Shown: positions 20,939 through 31,129, numbered from the stretch's first letter. The stretch: DNA of 64,000 nt from Synechococcus sp. M44_DOE_062 (GCA_015295985.1 DVDX01000032.1:44740-108739), one strand, 5' to 3'. Notes: generated by a model not told the origin, from the letters alone. Translations and numbers: made by a program.

Positions 20939-21397
20939 ATGGTAAGCCCCTTGGAGCAGATGCTGATCGAGTCGGAAGCTCGCTACCTCAAGTCAGAGGA
21001 GCTGGAGCATCTAAAAGCTTATGTTCTCGGCTGGCCAAAACGGCAGCATGTGTACCGAGTTTTGCGGGAACGGGAGAGCCAGGTGGTGAGCCAAACCCTG
21101 GACGCCCTGCAGAAAGAGATGCCCGACCTTTCCCCTCCAGTGTTGGATCTGTGTCGGCGGCACCTGTTGTTGTTGCTGCGTCACAGCGCTATGGCCATGT
21201 TGCTGCAGGACGAAAACCTCCTCAAGGAGCGGCTGATCGAGTGGATGGAAGAAGAGGTGCGCCTGTACGGGCTGCAGAGGGTTTATGAGGTTGCCTATCG
21301 GATTTTCCAGCAAGAGCTGAGAGACCATTTGGCTCCTGGAGAGTTGGAGTTTATCCGCCCCTTGATCACCCAAGTACAGGTGGCCTTGCTGTTTTAG
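20939..21397 (+). CDS. Phycobiliprotein/globin-like protein (Slr0146-like)
   Basis: ESEARYLKSEEL resembles the phycobiliprotein N-terminus; all-helical; CRRHLLLLLRHSAMAML; lies between two V4R genes. Confidence 0.75.
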   Translation: MVSPLEQMLIESEARYLKSEELEHLKAYVLGWPKRQHVYRVLRERESQVVSQTLDALQKEMPDLSPPVLDLCRRHLLLLLRHSAMAMLLQDENLLKERLIEWMEEEVRLYGLQRVYEVAYRIFQQELRDHLAPGELEFIRPLITQVQVALLF

Positions 21398-21403
21398 AGC
21401 AAG

Positions 21404-21631
21404 ATGCTTTTTACTTTTGTTGATATCGCCAAAGGTGCTCCACCTCAACTGGTCGAAAACTTCGGTGTCGTTGGAGTTAATGCTAGTGTTGTAGTAAATC
21501 TGCTCAAGGATTGTTCAAGTGCTGGAAGGATCGCCATCAGATTTGGAGTGCAAACAACTGTTACCCCAGCTCAGCAACCAACGAACTATCAACTGTACCC
21601 TGCTCCTATTTTGATGCTTAAAGCCCAATAA
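21404..21631 (+). CDS. Possible small ORF inside the V4R operon
   Basis: ATG 7 nt after the upstream stop, 75 codons filling the gap; no recognisable family and lower GC. Confidence 0.3.
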   Translation: MLFTFVDIAKGAPPQLVENFGVVGVNASVVVNLLKDCSSAGRIAIRFGVQTTVTPAQQPTNYQLYPAPILMLKAQ

Positions 21632-21670
21632 CGACTTTCCTGATCGGATTTAATAACCAGGGGATCCCTT

Positions 21671-22357
21671 ATGAACGGCACCAGCTCTATCTCCAATGGC
21701 TCAGTCAACTTTGATCCCTATACGCCTGTTTTGGCCAACTACTACGCACCCAGTGCTTATCTGCGAAGCGATTTGGAATCCGGCTTACTGGAAAGTCGCC
21801 ACGGTGAGCGTCTCTTGGCCCTTCCAGAAGCATTGCTGCGGGGCATCTACACGGGCCTGGAATACGAGACTGGACAGGCTGCCCGTTTGGTGTTGCGTAA
21901 CTGTGGTCGGATGTGGGGCAAGGAGTTTTTTCGCCGTTTTGCCCAAGAACTCTCCGACTACTACCAGAAGCCTTTGGCCGAGTTGGAGATGGGCGTTTTC
22001 CTGCAAAGTCTAAGACAAGCTTGGAAAACTCATGGCTGGGGATTAATTGAGATCGACTGGACTTACAAAGATCAGGGAGTGCTGGTGGTGTCGATTCGCC
22101 ATTCTCCCTTCGCTGCCGTCACGCCTCCCCATTTCAAGCGTCCGATGGGCTTTTTGGAGGCAGGGCTGTTGGCCACCTGGTTTAGCCAGCTAACCGGCCA
22201 GGATTTGCTCTGCGTGCAAACCGCCAGCGAGGCTTTGGGAGCGGAGAGCAATTTGTTTGTCGTGACCACTGCTGCCCGCCTCAAAGAGGGAGAAGCCTGG
22301 GTGGACTCCGGCCTCAGCCACGAGCAGATCCTGGAAAAGCTCCTGCAACCCGGCTAA
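21671..22357 (+). CDS. Second V4R-domain protein (Slr0147-like)
   Basis: GERLLALPEALLRG, HGWGLIEIDW, GFLEAGLLATWFSQLTG, CVQT. Confidence 0.85.
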   Translation: MNGTSSISNGSVNFDPYTPVLANYYAPSAYLRSDLESGLLESRHGERLLALPEALLRGIYTGLEYETGQAARLVLRNCGRMWGKEFFRRFAQELSDYYQKPLAELEMGVFLQSLRQAWKTHGWGLIEIDWTYKDQGVLVVSIRHSPFAAVTPPHFKRPMGFLEAGLLATWFSQLTGQDLLCVQTASEALGAESNLFVVTTAARLKEGEAWVDSGLSHEQILEKLLQPG

Positions 22358-22460
22358 GTGACAGGAGCCGGCTTCCCCCAGAGGGGTGGGATCCCAGCAG
22401 GGATAAGTCTGTATAATTTTCTGGAAGCAAGGCGAGCTCAAGCGCACGAGGGTGTAGCCA

Positions 22461-22835
22461 TTGGGGTGGCGAGTCAGAGCAATTCGGGGAGCCATCACCG
22501 TACCTACAAACAGTGCCGAGGCCATTGGCGCGGCGGTAACTGAGCTGTTGGACACGCTAGAGCATCGCAACGCCCTCGATCCGACTGAATTGGTCAGCGT
22601 TATTTTTTCCGTTACCCCTGATTTAAATGCAGCTTTTCCCGCCCAATTTGCCCGTCGTCGCCCCGGTTGGGAGTCGGTGCCTCTGTTGGATGTGCAACAG
22701 ATGGAGGTGAGCAGTGACTTACCCCGTTGCATTCGCGTTTTGATCCAGTTGAATACTCCCCTTGCTCAAGCAGACATGCAGCATGTTTATCTGCGAGGTG
22801 CCCGCGAACTAAGGCCAGACCTCAGCACAGTTTGA
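22461..22835 (+). CDS. aroH: AroH-type chorismate mutase
   Basis: WRVRAIRGAITV, FSVTPDLNAAFPA, LPRCIRVLI, HVYLRGARELRPDL. Confidence 0.93.
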   Translation: MGWRVRAIRGAITVPTNSAEAIGAAVTELLDTLEHRNALDPTELVSVIFSVTPDLNAAFPAQFARRRPGWESVPLLDVQQMEVSSDLPRCIRVLIQLNTPLAQADMQHVYLRGARELRPDLSTV

Positions 22836-23001
22836 TTAGTACAGTTTGATTGCTTTATCGTTTATCCAGCATCCAACGCAGGAGTGTAGCCATAGCAATC
22901 AAATAGCAGCGAAATAACCTGTTACCTTGGGCAACAGGGAGAGCAATGAATTCTGGTTTCTGCCTGCTCATTTTGTTTGAAGGAAGGGCATGTCTCAACT
23001 C

Positions 23002-23145
23002 AAGTCATTCAGGTCGCACATAGTATTTCAGATTCTCTGAAATACTAAGATAAGACGTGCGGGCCACCGAGAAGAGCCTTCTAGGCTCCTGCATTCAATA
23101 CTTTAGGTGGGGAGTGCAGTGTCCTGGTTTGAATCAAAACGACCA
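23002..23145 (-). mobile_element. MITE-like repeat copy A (degenerate, with an inserted hairpin at 23021-23047)
   Basis: Shares CAGTGTCCTGGTTTGAATCAAAACGACCA|TA and GAGAAGAGCCTTCTAG with the other copies; left boundary approximate. Confidence 0.6.
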
Positions 23146-23234
23146 TAACCACCGGTTTGGTGATCCCAGCCGACTTAGGAGGGCGCAGAACATCTAGATT
23201 CACTTGCCTACTTTCAGACTTAAGACTTGAGAGC

Positions 23235-23636
23235 TTAAGGGGACAACTTTTCTCGCAGACGGTTTTCCCACTGTTGCAGTTGCTCTTGGCGAGCGGCCAC
23301 CTCTGCTTCGCGACGGCTCAGCTCTTGGCTTTGCCGAGTCAAGGATTGCCGCCAGCTTTCGATCTCCGACAGATCCACCAGACTGCGGCTTTGGGATAGG
23401 CTGTGCAGCATCTCCACCAGCTTCATAGCTGCCTCTTCCACCCGCTGTACCTGCCGCTCTCCCGAAAGCTCAACCAGCAGTAGCACCCCAATGTTGTAAG
23501 GGCCAGCCTCTTTGCAGGTGACGCATTCTGGCTTGCGCAGCGGCGTCCAAACCCCATCTTCGGCCTGGCAGGCCAAGAGCTGCAGCTCCCCCTGGCCGAA
23601 GAGACCTTTCTTGTGTACCCGTGCCAGATACAACAT
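23235..23636 (-). CDS. Short HmpF-like protein (N-terminal domain only)
   Basis: MLYLARVHKKG...LQLLACQ...LLVEL...RQVQRVEEA...EIESWRQSLTRQSQELSRRE matches the HmpF N-terminus as recalled; only 133 aa. Confidence 0.7.
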   Translation of the reverse strand: MLYLARVHKKGLFGQGELQLLACQAEDGVWTPLRKPECVTCKEAGPYNIGVLLLVELSGERQVQRVEEAAMKLVEMLHSLSQSRSLVDLSEIESWRQSLTRQSQELSRREAEVAARQEQLQQWENRLREKLSP

Positions 23637-23820
23637 GGAACCTGCAGGAAGATGACGCCAATCTTAGCACCGATCCCCTTTGTTATTTAAGAGGGATCCT
23701 GTCCCTAGACCCAAACCTGGGTTTGGTTGTCCGTGCCACCGGGAGGATCAATGTTAGGATCGGCTGTGGAATGGGTAAGGCTCAACGCTCTTCTGTCTTC
23801 ATCGTTTAGGGATCCCTGGC

Positions 23821-24627
23821 ATGTTTCTCACCCAAAGCCCCTATTTTTTGATGGCAGCGCTGGTGGCTATTGCCAGTGGAGCCATCTTCGCGGTTCGGTT
23901 CATCAAGCGAGAGGCCTCCGCTGAATACGACGTGATTTTCGCCACGATGGGCCTGATCTATTCCGTCTGCTTGCTCCTGGAAGGTCAGCGGCTCATTCCG
24001 TTGCTGTTCTTTGCGCAGGTGCTACTGGCGGTGATGGCTGGCTGGTTTGCCATCGAAACCTTCCGTTTGCGCATCCTCTTGAGTGAAAAAGCACGGCAGG
24101 TGGGCGGGGCTCGTCCGACCGTTCGGCGGCAAGGCTTTAGCCGCACCTATCCCCCCGATGGCTACGCCCAAGGACGCACGGTTTCCACGCGGGTTGAGGG
24201 ATCTCGTATTCGCGATACCTCCTCCTACAGTCGTTCCATTCCCGGACGTAGTGGTGAAGACCCTGGCCGTCGCCCCAGGCCCCAACTGACCGGCGATACC
24301 CGTGTGCGTCCACGCCGCCGACCTGAAGAGGATGAGTACTACGAGGAGCCAGGATCCCGACCGCGTCAGGACACGGACTACGATGAACCAGCACCGCCGC
24401 CAGCGGCCCGCCGCCCCCGTCGTCCTGCCACCGGAGAGTATCCAGAGGATGTGGATGTGCAGGAAGAGCCCAGCACAGGTACAGCTACCCGCCGCCGCCC
24501 TCCACGGCTACCCCAAGACCAAGGGGAAAGCTACGCGGATGAACCTCCCCGCCGTCCTTCCCGCCGCGTTGTCGAAGTAGAGCCAGTAGAGGTGGAGCCA
24601 GAAGAGGATGATGACGATCTGTTCTGA
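23821..24627 (+). CDS. ycf66: Ycf66-family protein
   Basis: N-terminal TM region with EYDVIFATMGLIYS...LIPLLFFAQVLL, then an Arg/Pro/Glu-rich tail. Confidence 0.85.
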   Translation: MFLTQSPYFLMAALVAIASGAIFAVRFIKREASAEYDVIFATMGLIYSVCLLLEGQRLIPLLFFAQVLLAVMAGWFAIETFRLRILLSEKARQVGGARPTVRRQGFSRTYPPDGYAQGRTVSTRVEGSRIRDTSSYSRSIPGRSGEDPGRRPRPQLTGDTRVRPRRRPEEDEYYEEPGSRPRQDTDYDEPAPPPAARRPRRPATGEYPEDVDVQEEPSTGTATRRRPPRLPQDQGESYADEPPRRPSRRVVEVEPVEVEPEEDDDDLF

Positions 24628-24707
24628 TGGGCTCTTGATGCCGATCTGAACTTGATAGGAGCAGCGCCAGCCTTGTTTGAGAGGTGTGGTGAATCCGCTT
24701 GGATCCC

Positions 24708-27644
24708 TCAGCCCGTGTTGCGCATCCCGGCAGCGATGCCGTTAATGGTGAGCAGAGCCCCACGCAGAAGTTCAGCTCGGTTGTAGCGCGTTCGTCCGGT
24801 ACGGGATCCCTGATGCTGTCGCAAGCGCTTGAGGAGAGAGACTTGGATAAAGCCCAAGGGCACAATAGAGCGGTTGCGCAACTGCACTGAGCGCTTCAAA
24901 TAAGGGTCATTCTCCAACAGTTCGCTGTGGCCTGTAATCTGCAACACTATTGTGCGGGTACGGTGCATTTCTTGGGCAATACACTCAAACAGCTCCATCG
25001 CCCGCTCCAGACGTTCTGGAGAGCTCATCTCCCGCACGTAGTGACGCGCTATTTGCAGATCCACCTTAGCCAGAGTCATCTCCACTTTGGAGATCACCAT
25101 GCGGAAGAAAGGCCATTCGCGATAGAGGTGCTGCAGGTGGTTGAGGTTGTGCTCGCCCTTGGCCACGTATTCTTGGAGGGCGGTGCCTACCCCATACCAG
25201 GCTGGCAAGAGAAAACGGCTTTGCGTCCAACTGAACACCCAGGGAATAGCCCGCAGGGATCCAATGTCTTTTTGGCTGCCGCTGCGGCGGGCGGGACGGG
25301 AGCTGATCTGCAGTTGGCTGATCTCTTCAATGGGGGTGACCTCGTGGAAAAACTCCACAAAGCCCTCCTGCTCGTAGACCAGGTTGCGGTACACCTGCCG
25401 GGAGCGATCCGCCAAGGATTCCATCAGGCGCGACCACTCGTGCAGGTCGTTGGGGTAGGTGCGCAACAGGCTGGCCTGGATCACAGCGCTGGTAACGGTT
25501 TCTAGGTTAAAAATGGCCAGATCTTGGAGGGAATACTTAGAGGCCAACACCTCTCCCTGTTCGGTAATTTTGATGCGGCCCCCCACACTGCGCCCTGGCT
25601 GAGCCAAGATGGCCTCGTAAGCCGGGCCACCGCCACGGCCCACCGAACCACCCCGGCCATGGAAGATCTGCAGCTTTACCCCATAGGATTCAGCCACCGC
25701 CTGCAGACGTTGTTGAGCTTTGTAAATCTCCCAGTTGCTGCTCAAAAAGCCGGAATCTTTGTTGCTGTCGGAGTAGCCCAGCATCACCTCCTGCAGATTT
25801 CCCTGCTGAGCCAAGTACTGGCGATAGAAAGGGATCTCCAGCAACTGCCGCAAAACTTCCGGGGCCCGCTTCAGGTCTTCAACGGTCTCAAACAGCGGCA
25901 CCACTGCCAGGGATCCGCGACCGCTGATGGGATCGTAGAGCCCCACCTCCTTGGCCATCAGCAGCACCTCCAACAGGTCGCTCAACTGGCGGCTCATGCT
26001 GATTACATAGGTTTGGCAAATGGCCAAGCCGAATTCCTGCTGCATGCGGCGCAGGGTACGAAAGGTGGCGATCAGCTCTGCCGTTTTCTCGGAAAAGGCG
26101 ATCTCCAGCGGTATCAAAGGCCGACGTGTTTGGAGCTCCTGCAGGAGAAAGGCGGTTTTTTCCTCTTCCGTCATCTCGCTGTAGGGACGCGGCAAAATGC
26201 GCAGGTACTCGAAAATCTCCGTAAGAGCGGCTTCGTGATAGCTGCTGTCTTGGCGGATATCCAGATGGGCTAGGTGAAAGCCAAACACCTGCACCTGTTG
26301 AATGAGATGATCCAACTGACGGCAGGAAAGGCCACTGTTCTTCAGACTTTTCTGGATAAGCTGCAAGTCGGCCAGAAATTCTTCTGCGTTGGCATAGGCG
26401 TTGTCTACGGGGGGAGGGGTGGGCAAACAAGCGGAGTCGGCCAAGTTGCGGTTGCGCTCCCGCGTCAACTCTAGCCGCCGCTGAATGTAGCTGAGCTTGA
26501 GACGGTAGGGCTCTTGGCGGTATTGCAGCGAAAACGATTCGTAAACCTCGGGCATGAGGCGGTGATCCTGCTCAAGGGCATCCAGCAGTTGGCTGTCCAC
26601 ATCCCCCCAGTGCAGGGAAATGCTCAAGGTTTTGGTGAGGGCCTTCACCGATTCGATGTACTTGCCCAGGATGAGGTTGCGCTGATAGCGGGCTGTTTGC
26701 CAAGTAACATCGGCGGTAACGGAAGGGTTGCCATCCCGATCCCCGCCTACCCAAGAGCCGAAATTGCAAAATCCTGCCGGCGGCGGCTCGACGCTGGGAA
26801 AAGCCTTTTTCAAGCTGCGGCTGAGGTACTCGTGCAGTAGGGGGATGGCCTGAAACAATACCTCTTCAAAATAGTGCAAGGTGTAATCGACTTCGTTCAA
26901 AACAGTCGGCTTGGACTGATGCAACTCGTCGGTGCGCCACCAAAGCAAAACTTCTTCCGCCATCTGTTCTTTGATCATCTGGGCCTGCAAAGGCTGGGTT
27001 TGTTCTGCCCAATCCAGTTGGCTGAGTAGGCGAGAGAAGGCCCGTTGCTTCTCGCGGATGGTGTGGCGGACAATCTCGGTGGGGTGGGCGGTAAAAACCA
27101 TGCGAATGTGCAACTGCTCCAGTAATCTGCGCAGTAGGCCCGGCGGCACCCCTTGAGCCCGTAGATAAGGGAAGAGCCGTTCAAATTTTTCGTTTTCTCG
27201 CACGGTGCGTTGTTGACTATCCACCATGCGCATGTCTGAGTCTTCTGCCCGTTCGTAGTGCTGTTCAACAATGTTGATCAACTGGAAAAACAGGGCAAAA
27301 GCGCGAGCCGTTTGGATGGTGGCGTCGAGGCTGAGGTACTCGATAATTTGTAGTACCTCTGGGATCGGGTACTCCAGGGCTTGTCCTTCTGGGGAACACA
27401 TGGAACGCAGCCGCTGCAACAGATCCACCAGAGACTGACCGCACTCCTGCAGGATCACCGATTCCCAGAGTTCTTCCACCAATTGCAGGCGACGGTTTAA
27501 CAGGTTGTTCCTGCGGTTGAAGGCTTCGTTGACTGGAAGGGAATGGGCCAAGGGATCCCGTTCCCCAAGCAGGGAGGCCTCCTTCAACCCGCTGGCAGAA
27601 TCCGCTGCCCACTCTGCAGCGGCTAGGTGGGGGGAAGAGGTCAT
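24708..27644 (-). CDS. ppc: Phosphoenolpyruvate carboxylase
   Basis: [68 protein letters not shown]. Confidence 0.98.
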   Translation of the reverse strand: MTSSPHLAAAEWAADSASGLKEASLLGERDPLAHSLPVNEAFNRRNNLLNRRLQLVEELWESVILQECGQSLVDLLQRLRSMCSPEGQALEYPIPEVLQIIEYLSLDATIQTARAFALFFQLINIVEQHYERAEDSDMRMVDSQQRTVRENEKFERLFPYLRAQGVPPGLLRRLLEQLHIRMVFTAHPTEIVRHTIREKQRAFSRLLSQLDWAEQTQPLQAQMIKEQMAEEVLLWWRTDELHQSKPTVLNEVDYTLHYFEEVLFQAIPLLHEYLSRSLKKAFPSVEPPPAGFCNFGSWVGGDRDGNPSVTADVTWQTARYQRNLILGKYIESVKALTKTLSISLHWGDVDSQLLDALEQDHRLMPEVYESFSLQYRQEPYRLKLSYIQRRLELTRERNRNLADSACLPTPPPVDNAYANAEEFLADLQLIQKSLKNSGLSCRQLDHLIQQVQVFGFHLAHLDIRQDSSYHEAALTEIFEYLRILPRPYSEMTEEEKTAFLLQELQTRRPLIPLEIAFSEKTAELIATFRTLRRMQQEFGLAICQTYVISMSRQLSDLLEVLLMAKEVGLYDPISGRGSLAVVPLFETVEDLKRAPEVLRQLLEIPFYRQYLAQQGNLQEVMLGYSDSNKDSGFLSSNWEIYKAQQRLQAVAESYGVKLQIFHGRGGSVGRGGGPAYEAILAQPGRSVGGRIKITEQGEVLASKYSLQDLAIFNLETVTSAVIQASLLRTYPNDLHEWSRLMESLADRSRQVYRNLVYEQEGFVEFFHEVTPIEEISQLQISSRPARRSGSQKDIGSLRAIPWVFSWTQSRFLLPAWYGVGTALQEYVAKGEHNLNHLQHLYREWPFFRMVISKVEMTLAKVDLQIARHYVREMSSPERLERAMELFECIAQEMHRTRTIVLQITGHSELLENDPYLKRSVQLRNRSIVPLGFIQVSLLKRLRQHQGSRTGRTRYNRAELLRGALLTINGIAAGMRNTG

Positions 27645-27750
27645 GAAGGCAGCTCCTAGAACAACCATCCCAATATTAGAGCCTGTTTGTCGAAACGGCA
27701 GATGTAGCCGGTATCACGCTCAGCTTGTGGTCTTCTCGATGTCGGATTTT

Positions 27751-27764
27751 GTAATTGAGCTTAC
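27751..27764. promoter_or_regulatory. Putative NtcA box GTA-N8-TAC between ppc and the ferritin-like gene
   Basis: TTTGTAATTGAGCTTACAAA: perfect GTA-N8-TAC within a 7-bp inverted repeat; the nearest TAN3T (27792-27797) lies 27 nt away, not the canonical 22-23. Confidence 0.55.
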
Positions 27765-27840
27765 AAATTGCAAGCAAAACAAAAAGTGTTTTACTTTCCG
27801 AGAGTGCCGGTCTGACGCTTTGTTGGAAGGAGTTCTGGTG

Positions 27841-28554
27841 GTGGCAGCAACTTCATCTGCAGAAGTTTCTCCAGAAGCAGTGTCCACCGCCTACACGTGG
27901 GCAGCTTTTGCCCAGGAGATCGAGGCGGAGCTGGAAGCCCATCGCAACCGGATCTTCACCGAAGCCTGCGAGCAAGCCTTTGCGCCACCTGAGGCCGAGA
28001 TCAAGCCCTGGGGATGGGAGCGCCTGGTGGAATGGCTCTGCTTTCAGACCTACTACGAATATCAGGCGATTTTATTCATCAGCAAATGGTTGCAGAACAC
28101 GCCGGAAAAAGATGCGCTGGTGTTGCTCTGCCATCAAATTGAAGATGAGAGCAACCCTTTTCGCTGGTTGGAGCGCCATTTGCAGGCAATGGGGGTGGCT
28201 TGGGAGAAATGGGATCCGCTCCCGGAGATCCGAGCTTGGGTGGAAGCTTTCTACGGATCCCTGCCGGATACCATCTCCCGCTTGGCCGCCCATAATTTGG
28301 CCGGGGAATCGGGGGCTTGCCGCAGCTTTGAAAGCATTCTGCCCCATTTGCCCCCCGATTTGCAGAAGACAATGCGCAAGATCCTGCCGGATGAGCAGTT
28401 TCACCTCAACCTGGGGCGACAGATCCTGAGCCGCTACTGCGTTAGCAACGAACAAAAGGCCCGTGCCCGCGACTACGCATTGCAGGTGGCAGAGCTAGAA
28501 TCCAAGGCAATTGCAGCTTTCAACCGCAAGTTGGCAGCCTTGTCACCGGCTTGA
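27841..28554 (+). CDS. Ferritin-like (di-iron carboxylate) protein
   Basis: Four-helix pattern YYEYQA / IEDESNPF / AGESGA / PDEQFH; AAGGAG RBS at 27827 before GTG. Confidence 0.75.
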   Translation: MAATSSAEVSPEAVSTAYTWAAFAQEIEAELEAHRNRIFTEACEQAFAPPEAEIKPWGWERLVEWLCFQTYYEYQAILFISKWLQNTPEKDALVLLCHQIEDESNPFRWLERHLQAMGVAWEKWDPLPEIRAWVEAFYGSLPDTISRLAAHNLAGESGACRSFESILPHLPPDLQKTMRKILPDEQFHLNLGRQILSRYCVSNEQKARARDYALQVAELESKAIAAFNRKLAALSPA

Positions 28555-28580
28555 GCCACTCTGGAGCAGATACCCATTTT

Positions 28581-29693
28581 ATGATCTCGGATCAGCAGTG
28601 GATGGAACGGTGTCTATCTCTGGCCTGTTCCACACCTCAGCGTCCCTCTCCCAATCCACGGGTGGGCTGCGTGATCGTGCAGGAGGGTCGGGTGGTGGGA
28701 GAAGGCGTTCATCCGGGGGCAGGGCAGCCCCATGCTGAGGTGTTGGCCTTGCGGCAGGCGGGATCCCTAGCCAGAGGGGCAACCCTCTACGTTAACCTAG
28801 AGCCCTGCAACCACTATGGGCGCACTCCCCCTTGTACCGAGGCCATCTTGGCCGCTGGGATCCGGCGGGTAGTGGTGGGGATGCAGGATCCCAATCCCTT
28901 GGTGGCCGGCAAAGGGATCCAACGCCTGCAGGAGGCGGGGATCGAGGTGACGGTGGGAGTGCTGGAGCAGAAGTGCCAGGAGCTGAACGAGGGGTTTGCC
29001 TTTGCCATTGTGCAGAAGCAGTGCTTTGGTCTGCTGAAATACGCCATGACCCTGGATGGCAAGAGCGCCGCCGCAACCGGCCACAGCCGCTGGATCAGCA
29101 ACCCTCTGGCGCGGCAATGGGTTCACCAACAGCGGGCCTGGCACGATGCCGTGATTGTGGGATCCCAAACCGTTTGGCAAGATAATCCGCGCCTCACCTG
29201 TCGTCTGGTGGAGTTGCAGGGATCCCAGCCCTTGCGGGTTGTTCTCAGCCGTTCTCTGAACCTGCCCCCTTCTGCCCATCTGTGGCAGGTGGAAGAAGCG
29301 CCGACATTAGTGATCACGGAAGCCCCAAAGATCCATCCCCTCTGGGGATCCCTGGCGGAGCAGGGAGTGGAGCTGCTGCATCTGCCCCAAGTAACCCCCT
29401 CACGGGTGGCACAGGTGCTCTTCCAGCGGGGGTGTCTGAGTGCCCTCTGGGAATGCGGGGGTACGCTGGCCTGGGCAGCCCTCAAAGATGGGGCGATCCA
29501 AAAAGTAGCCGCCTTCATCGCTCCCAAGATCCTGGGGGGAGCCGATGCGCCAACCCCGGTAGCAGGCGAGGGGATCCCTGATGTCAACCAAAGCTGGCAA
29601 CTGGTAGAGCCACGGCTGGAGACCTTGGGGGATAACTGGTTGATAACCGGAAAGATCTCCTCTTTAGTCAGCCACAGTGACTTACTAAAGTGA
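28581..29693 (+). CDS. ribD: Riboflavin biosynthesis bifunctional deaminase/reductase
   Basis: PNPRVGCV, HAE, LEPCNHYGRTPPC, KYAMTLDGK, WECGG. Confidence 0.96.
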   Translation: MISDQQWMERCLSLACSTPQRPSPNPRVGCVIVQEGRVVGEGVHPGAGQPHAEVLALRQAGSLARGATLYVNLEPCNHYGRTPPCTEAILAAGIRRVVVGMQDPNPLVAGKGIQRLQEAGIEVTVGVLEQKCQELNEGFAFAIVQKQCFGLLKYAMTLDGKSAAATGHSRWISNPLARQWVHQQRAWHDAVIVGSQTVWQDNPRLTCRLVELQGSQPLRVVLSRSLNLPPSAHLWQVEEAPTLVITEAPKIHPLWGSLAEQGVELLHLPQVTPSRVAQVLFQRGCLSALWECGGTLAWAALKDGAIQKVAAFIAPKILGGADAPTPVAGEGIPDVNQSWQLVEPRLETLGDNWLITGKISSLVSHSDLLK

Positions 29694-30050
29694 CCAGCTT
29701 TCGATGGCCATCCGAGGAGTTTTAAGTTTCTGAACGAACAGGCTGACATCTGTTCAATTTAAATAGATATACTCATCAGAAAAACACGGCATTCTTGCAA
29801 AGTAGGGCTCAGAATTGAGCTCAATTGTGCTAGGCTGGTCAATGTTTTGGGGGAGTCAATTGACGTTTTGGTAAGGTCAGCAAAATCAAGCTGTAGGGAT
29901 CTATCGAGATTTTCCTGAGGTGAGCCTTGCAAACGGCAACGACGAAGACTCTAGCCTCTTTGCCCAGCCCTTCTTTGCTTGCCCAGTGAGCGGTTTGAAA
30001 GCTGTCCCATCTCATTTTCAAGTACAAATCCCAGGATAAGGAAGGGCATT

Positions 30051-31082
30051 GTGTTGAATCTTTTTGCCGGCCTGCTGCTTGCATCAGCTTTCCTCAGCCC
30101 ATCGGGAAACGTCGTCATCGAAGGAGATGTGGGAGAGTGGGTTTTCGCCGACCATCAGGTCAATGAGACAGCTACGTTGACCGTTCCCATACGGCCCGCA
30201 GAGAACTTGGCCTCTTGGAGGGAAATGCTCTCTGTCATGGACGTTCATGTCGAGGGATCGCCACGCTTTGTGGCCAACCGCCTGCGAGACACCCTTCTGT
30301 CCCACTGTCCCCAAACAACTTGGGAGTTCCATCGGGAGAGTGAAGAGGATGTTCTCTACGAGTTCCGCAGTGCTGGCTGTCGTGGAAGGGTGAGTGGAGT
30401 TGAGGAACATGAGATTGGCCGGATCACCCGAGGCCCAAGCGGCAGTGTGCGCATTGCCTACGCTGCAAAGCCAGAGATGACGTCCGAAGTGCGGAGCCGC
30501 TGGCTGAATTTACTGGGCAGCGAGGTGGGGACAGCTCAGGGTTTTCCCATTCGCAACCTCAGCGGGGCGATTGCACAGCCTTCTTCCCCGGTTTCAGAAG
30601 CCCCAACCGCAGAGCGGCAGATGGCCCGGTGGCTGCAGGAAGCAACCGATGCCCTGAAGCAGCAGGAAGATTTGCTGGCCGAGCTGGATCGCCTAGGTCA
30701 GAAAGCGCAAGCTGATGCCCGTGCCTACAGCCAAGAGACCTCCAAAGAGGCGGGGCTAAGGACAATCGGCCTGTACCGAGGTCGGGGAGACGGCAGCCCT
30801 GGCGAGGCCACAACGGAGCTTAAGACCACTGACACCTTGATCTTGGCCATCTTGCCGGTGGGCAACCTTCCTGCCAACGCCAAGGTGGAGATGCTCTGGT
30901 ACTACGAAGGCGGAGAAGCCGGGGGCGAGCAACTGATCCGCAAGCTCGATTTTCCCTGGGATCCCCTGGCCGATACCGTGCGAGGCTTTCTGAGCTTCAG
31001 CCAACCCTACACCGGGCGCTACCGCGTCGAGATCCACATCAACGGCGAGAAGGTGGGAATTGGCCGCTTCACGATCCGGTAG
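30051..31082 (+). CDS. Secreted hypothetical protein (signal peptide, two globular domains joined by a coiled coil)
   Basis: GTG start with GAAGGG RBS, hydrophobic leader LNLFAGLLLASAFLS, C-terminal Ig-like YTGRYRVEIHINGE. Confidence 0.7.
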   Translation: MLNLFAGLLLASAFLSPSGNVVIEGDVGEWVFADHQVNETATLTVPIRPAENLASWREMLSVMDVHVEGSPRFVANRLRDTLLSHCPQTTWEFHRESEEDVLYEFRSAGCRGRVSGVEEHEIGRITRGPSGSVRIAYAAKPEMTSEVRSRWLNLLGSEVGTAQGFPIRNLSGAIAQPSSPVSEAPTAERQMARWLQEATDALKQQEDLLAELDRLGQKAQADARAYSQETSKEAGLRTIGLYRGRGDGSPGEATTELKTTDTLILAILPVGNLPANAKVEMLWYYEGGEAGGEQLIRKLDFPWDPLADTVRGFLSFSQPYTGRYRVEIHINGEKVGIGRFTIR

Positions 31083-31129
31083 TCTTGCGCTGGTTCCCAA
31101 CTCTCCCTCTGGGAGAAAGGCTGGGGGTA

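Noticed and set aside
27505-27840. N-terminal extension of the ferritin-like ORF
   Set aside because: Overlaps the ppc start on the opposite strand and contains the putative NtcA box; the RBS supports a start near 27841
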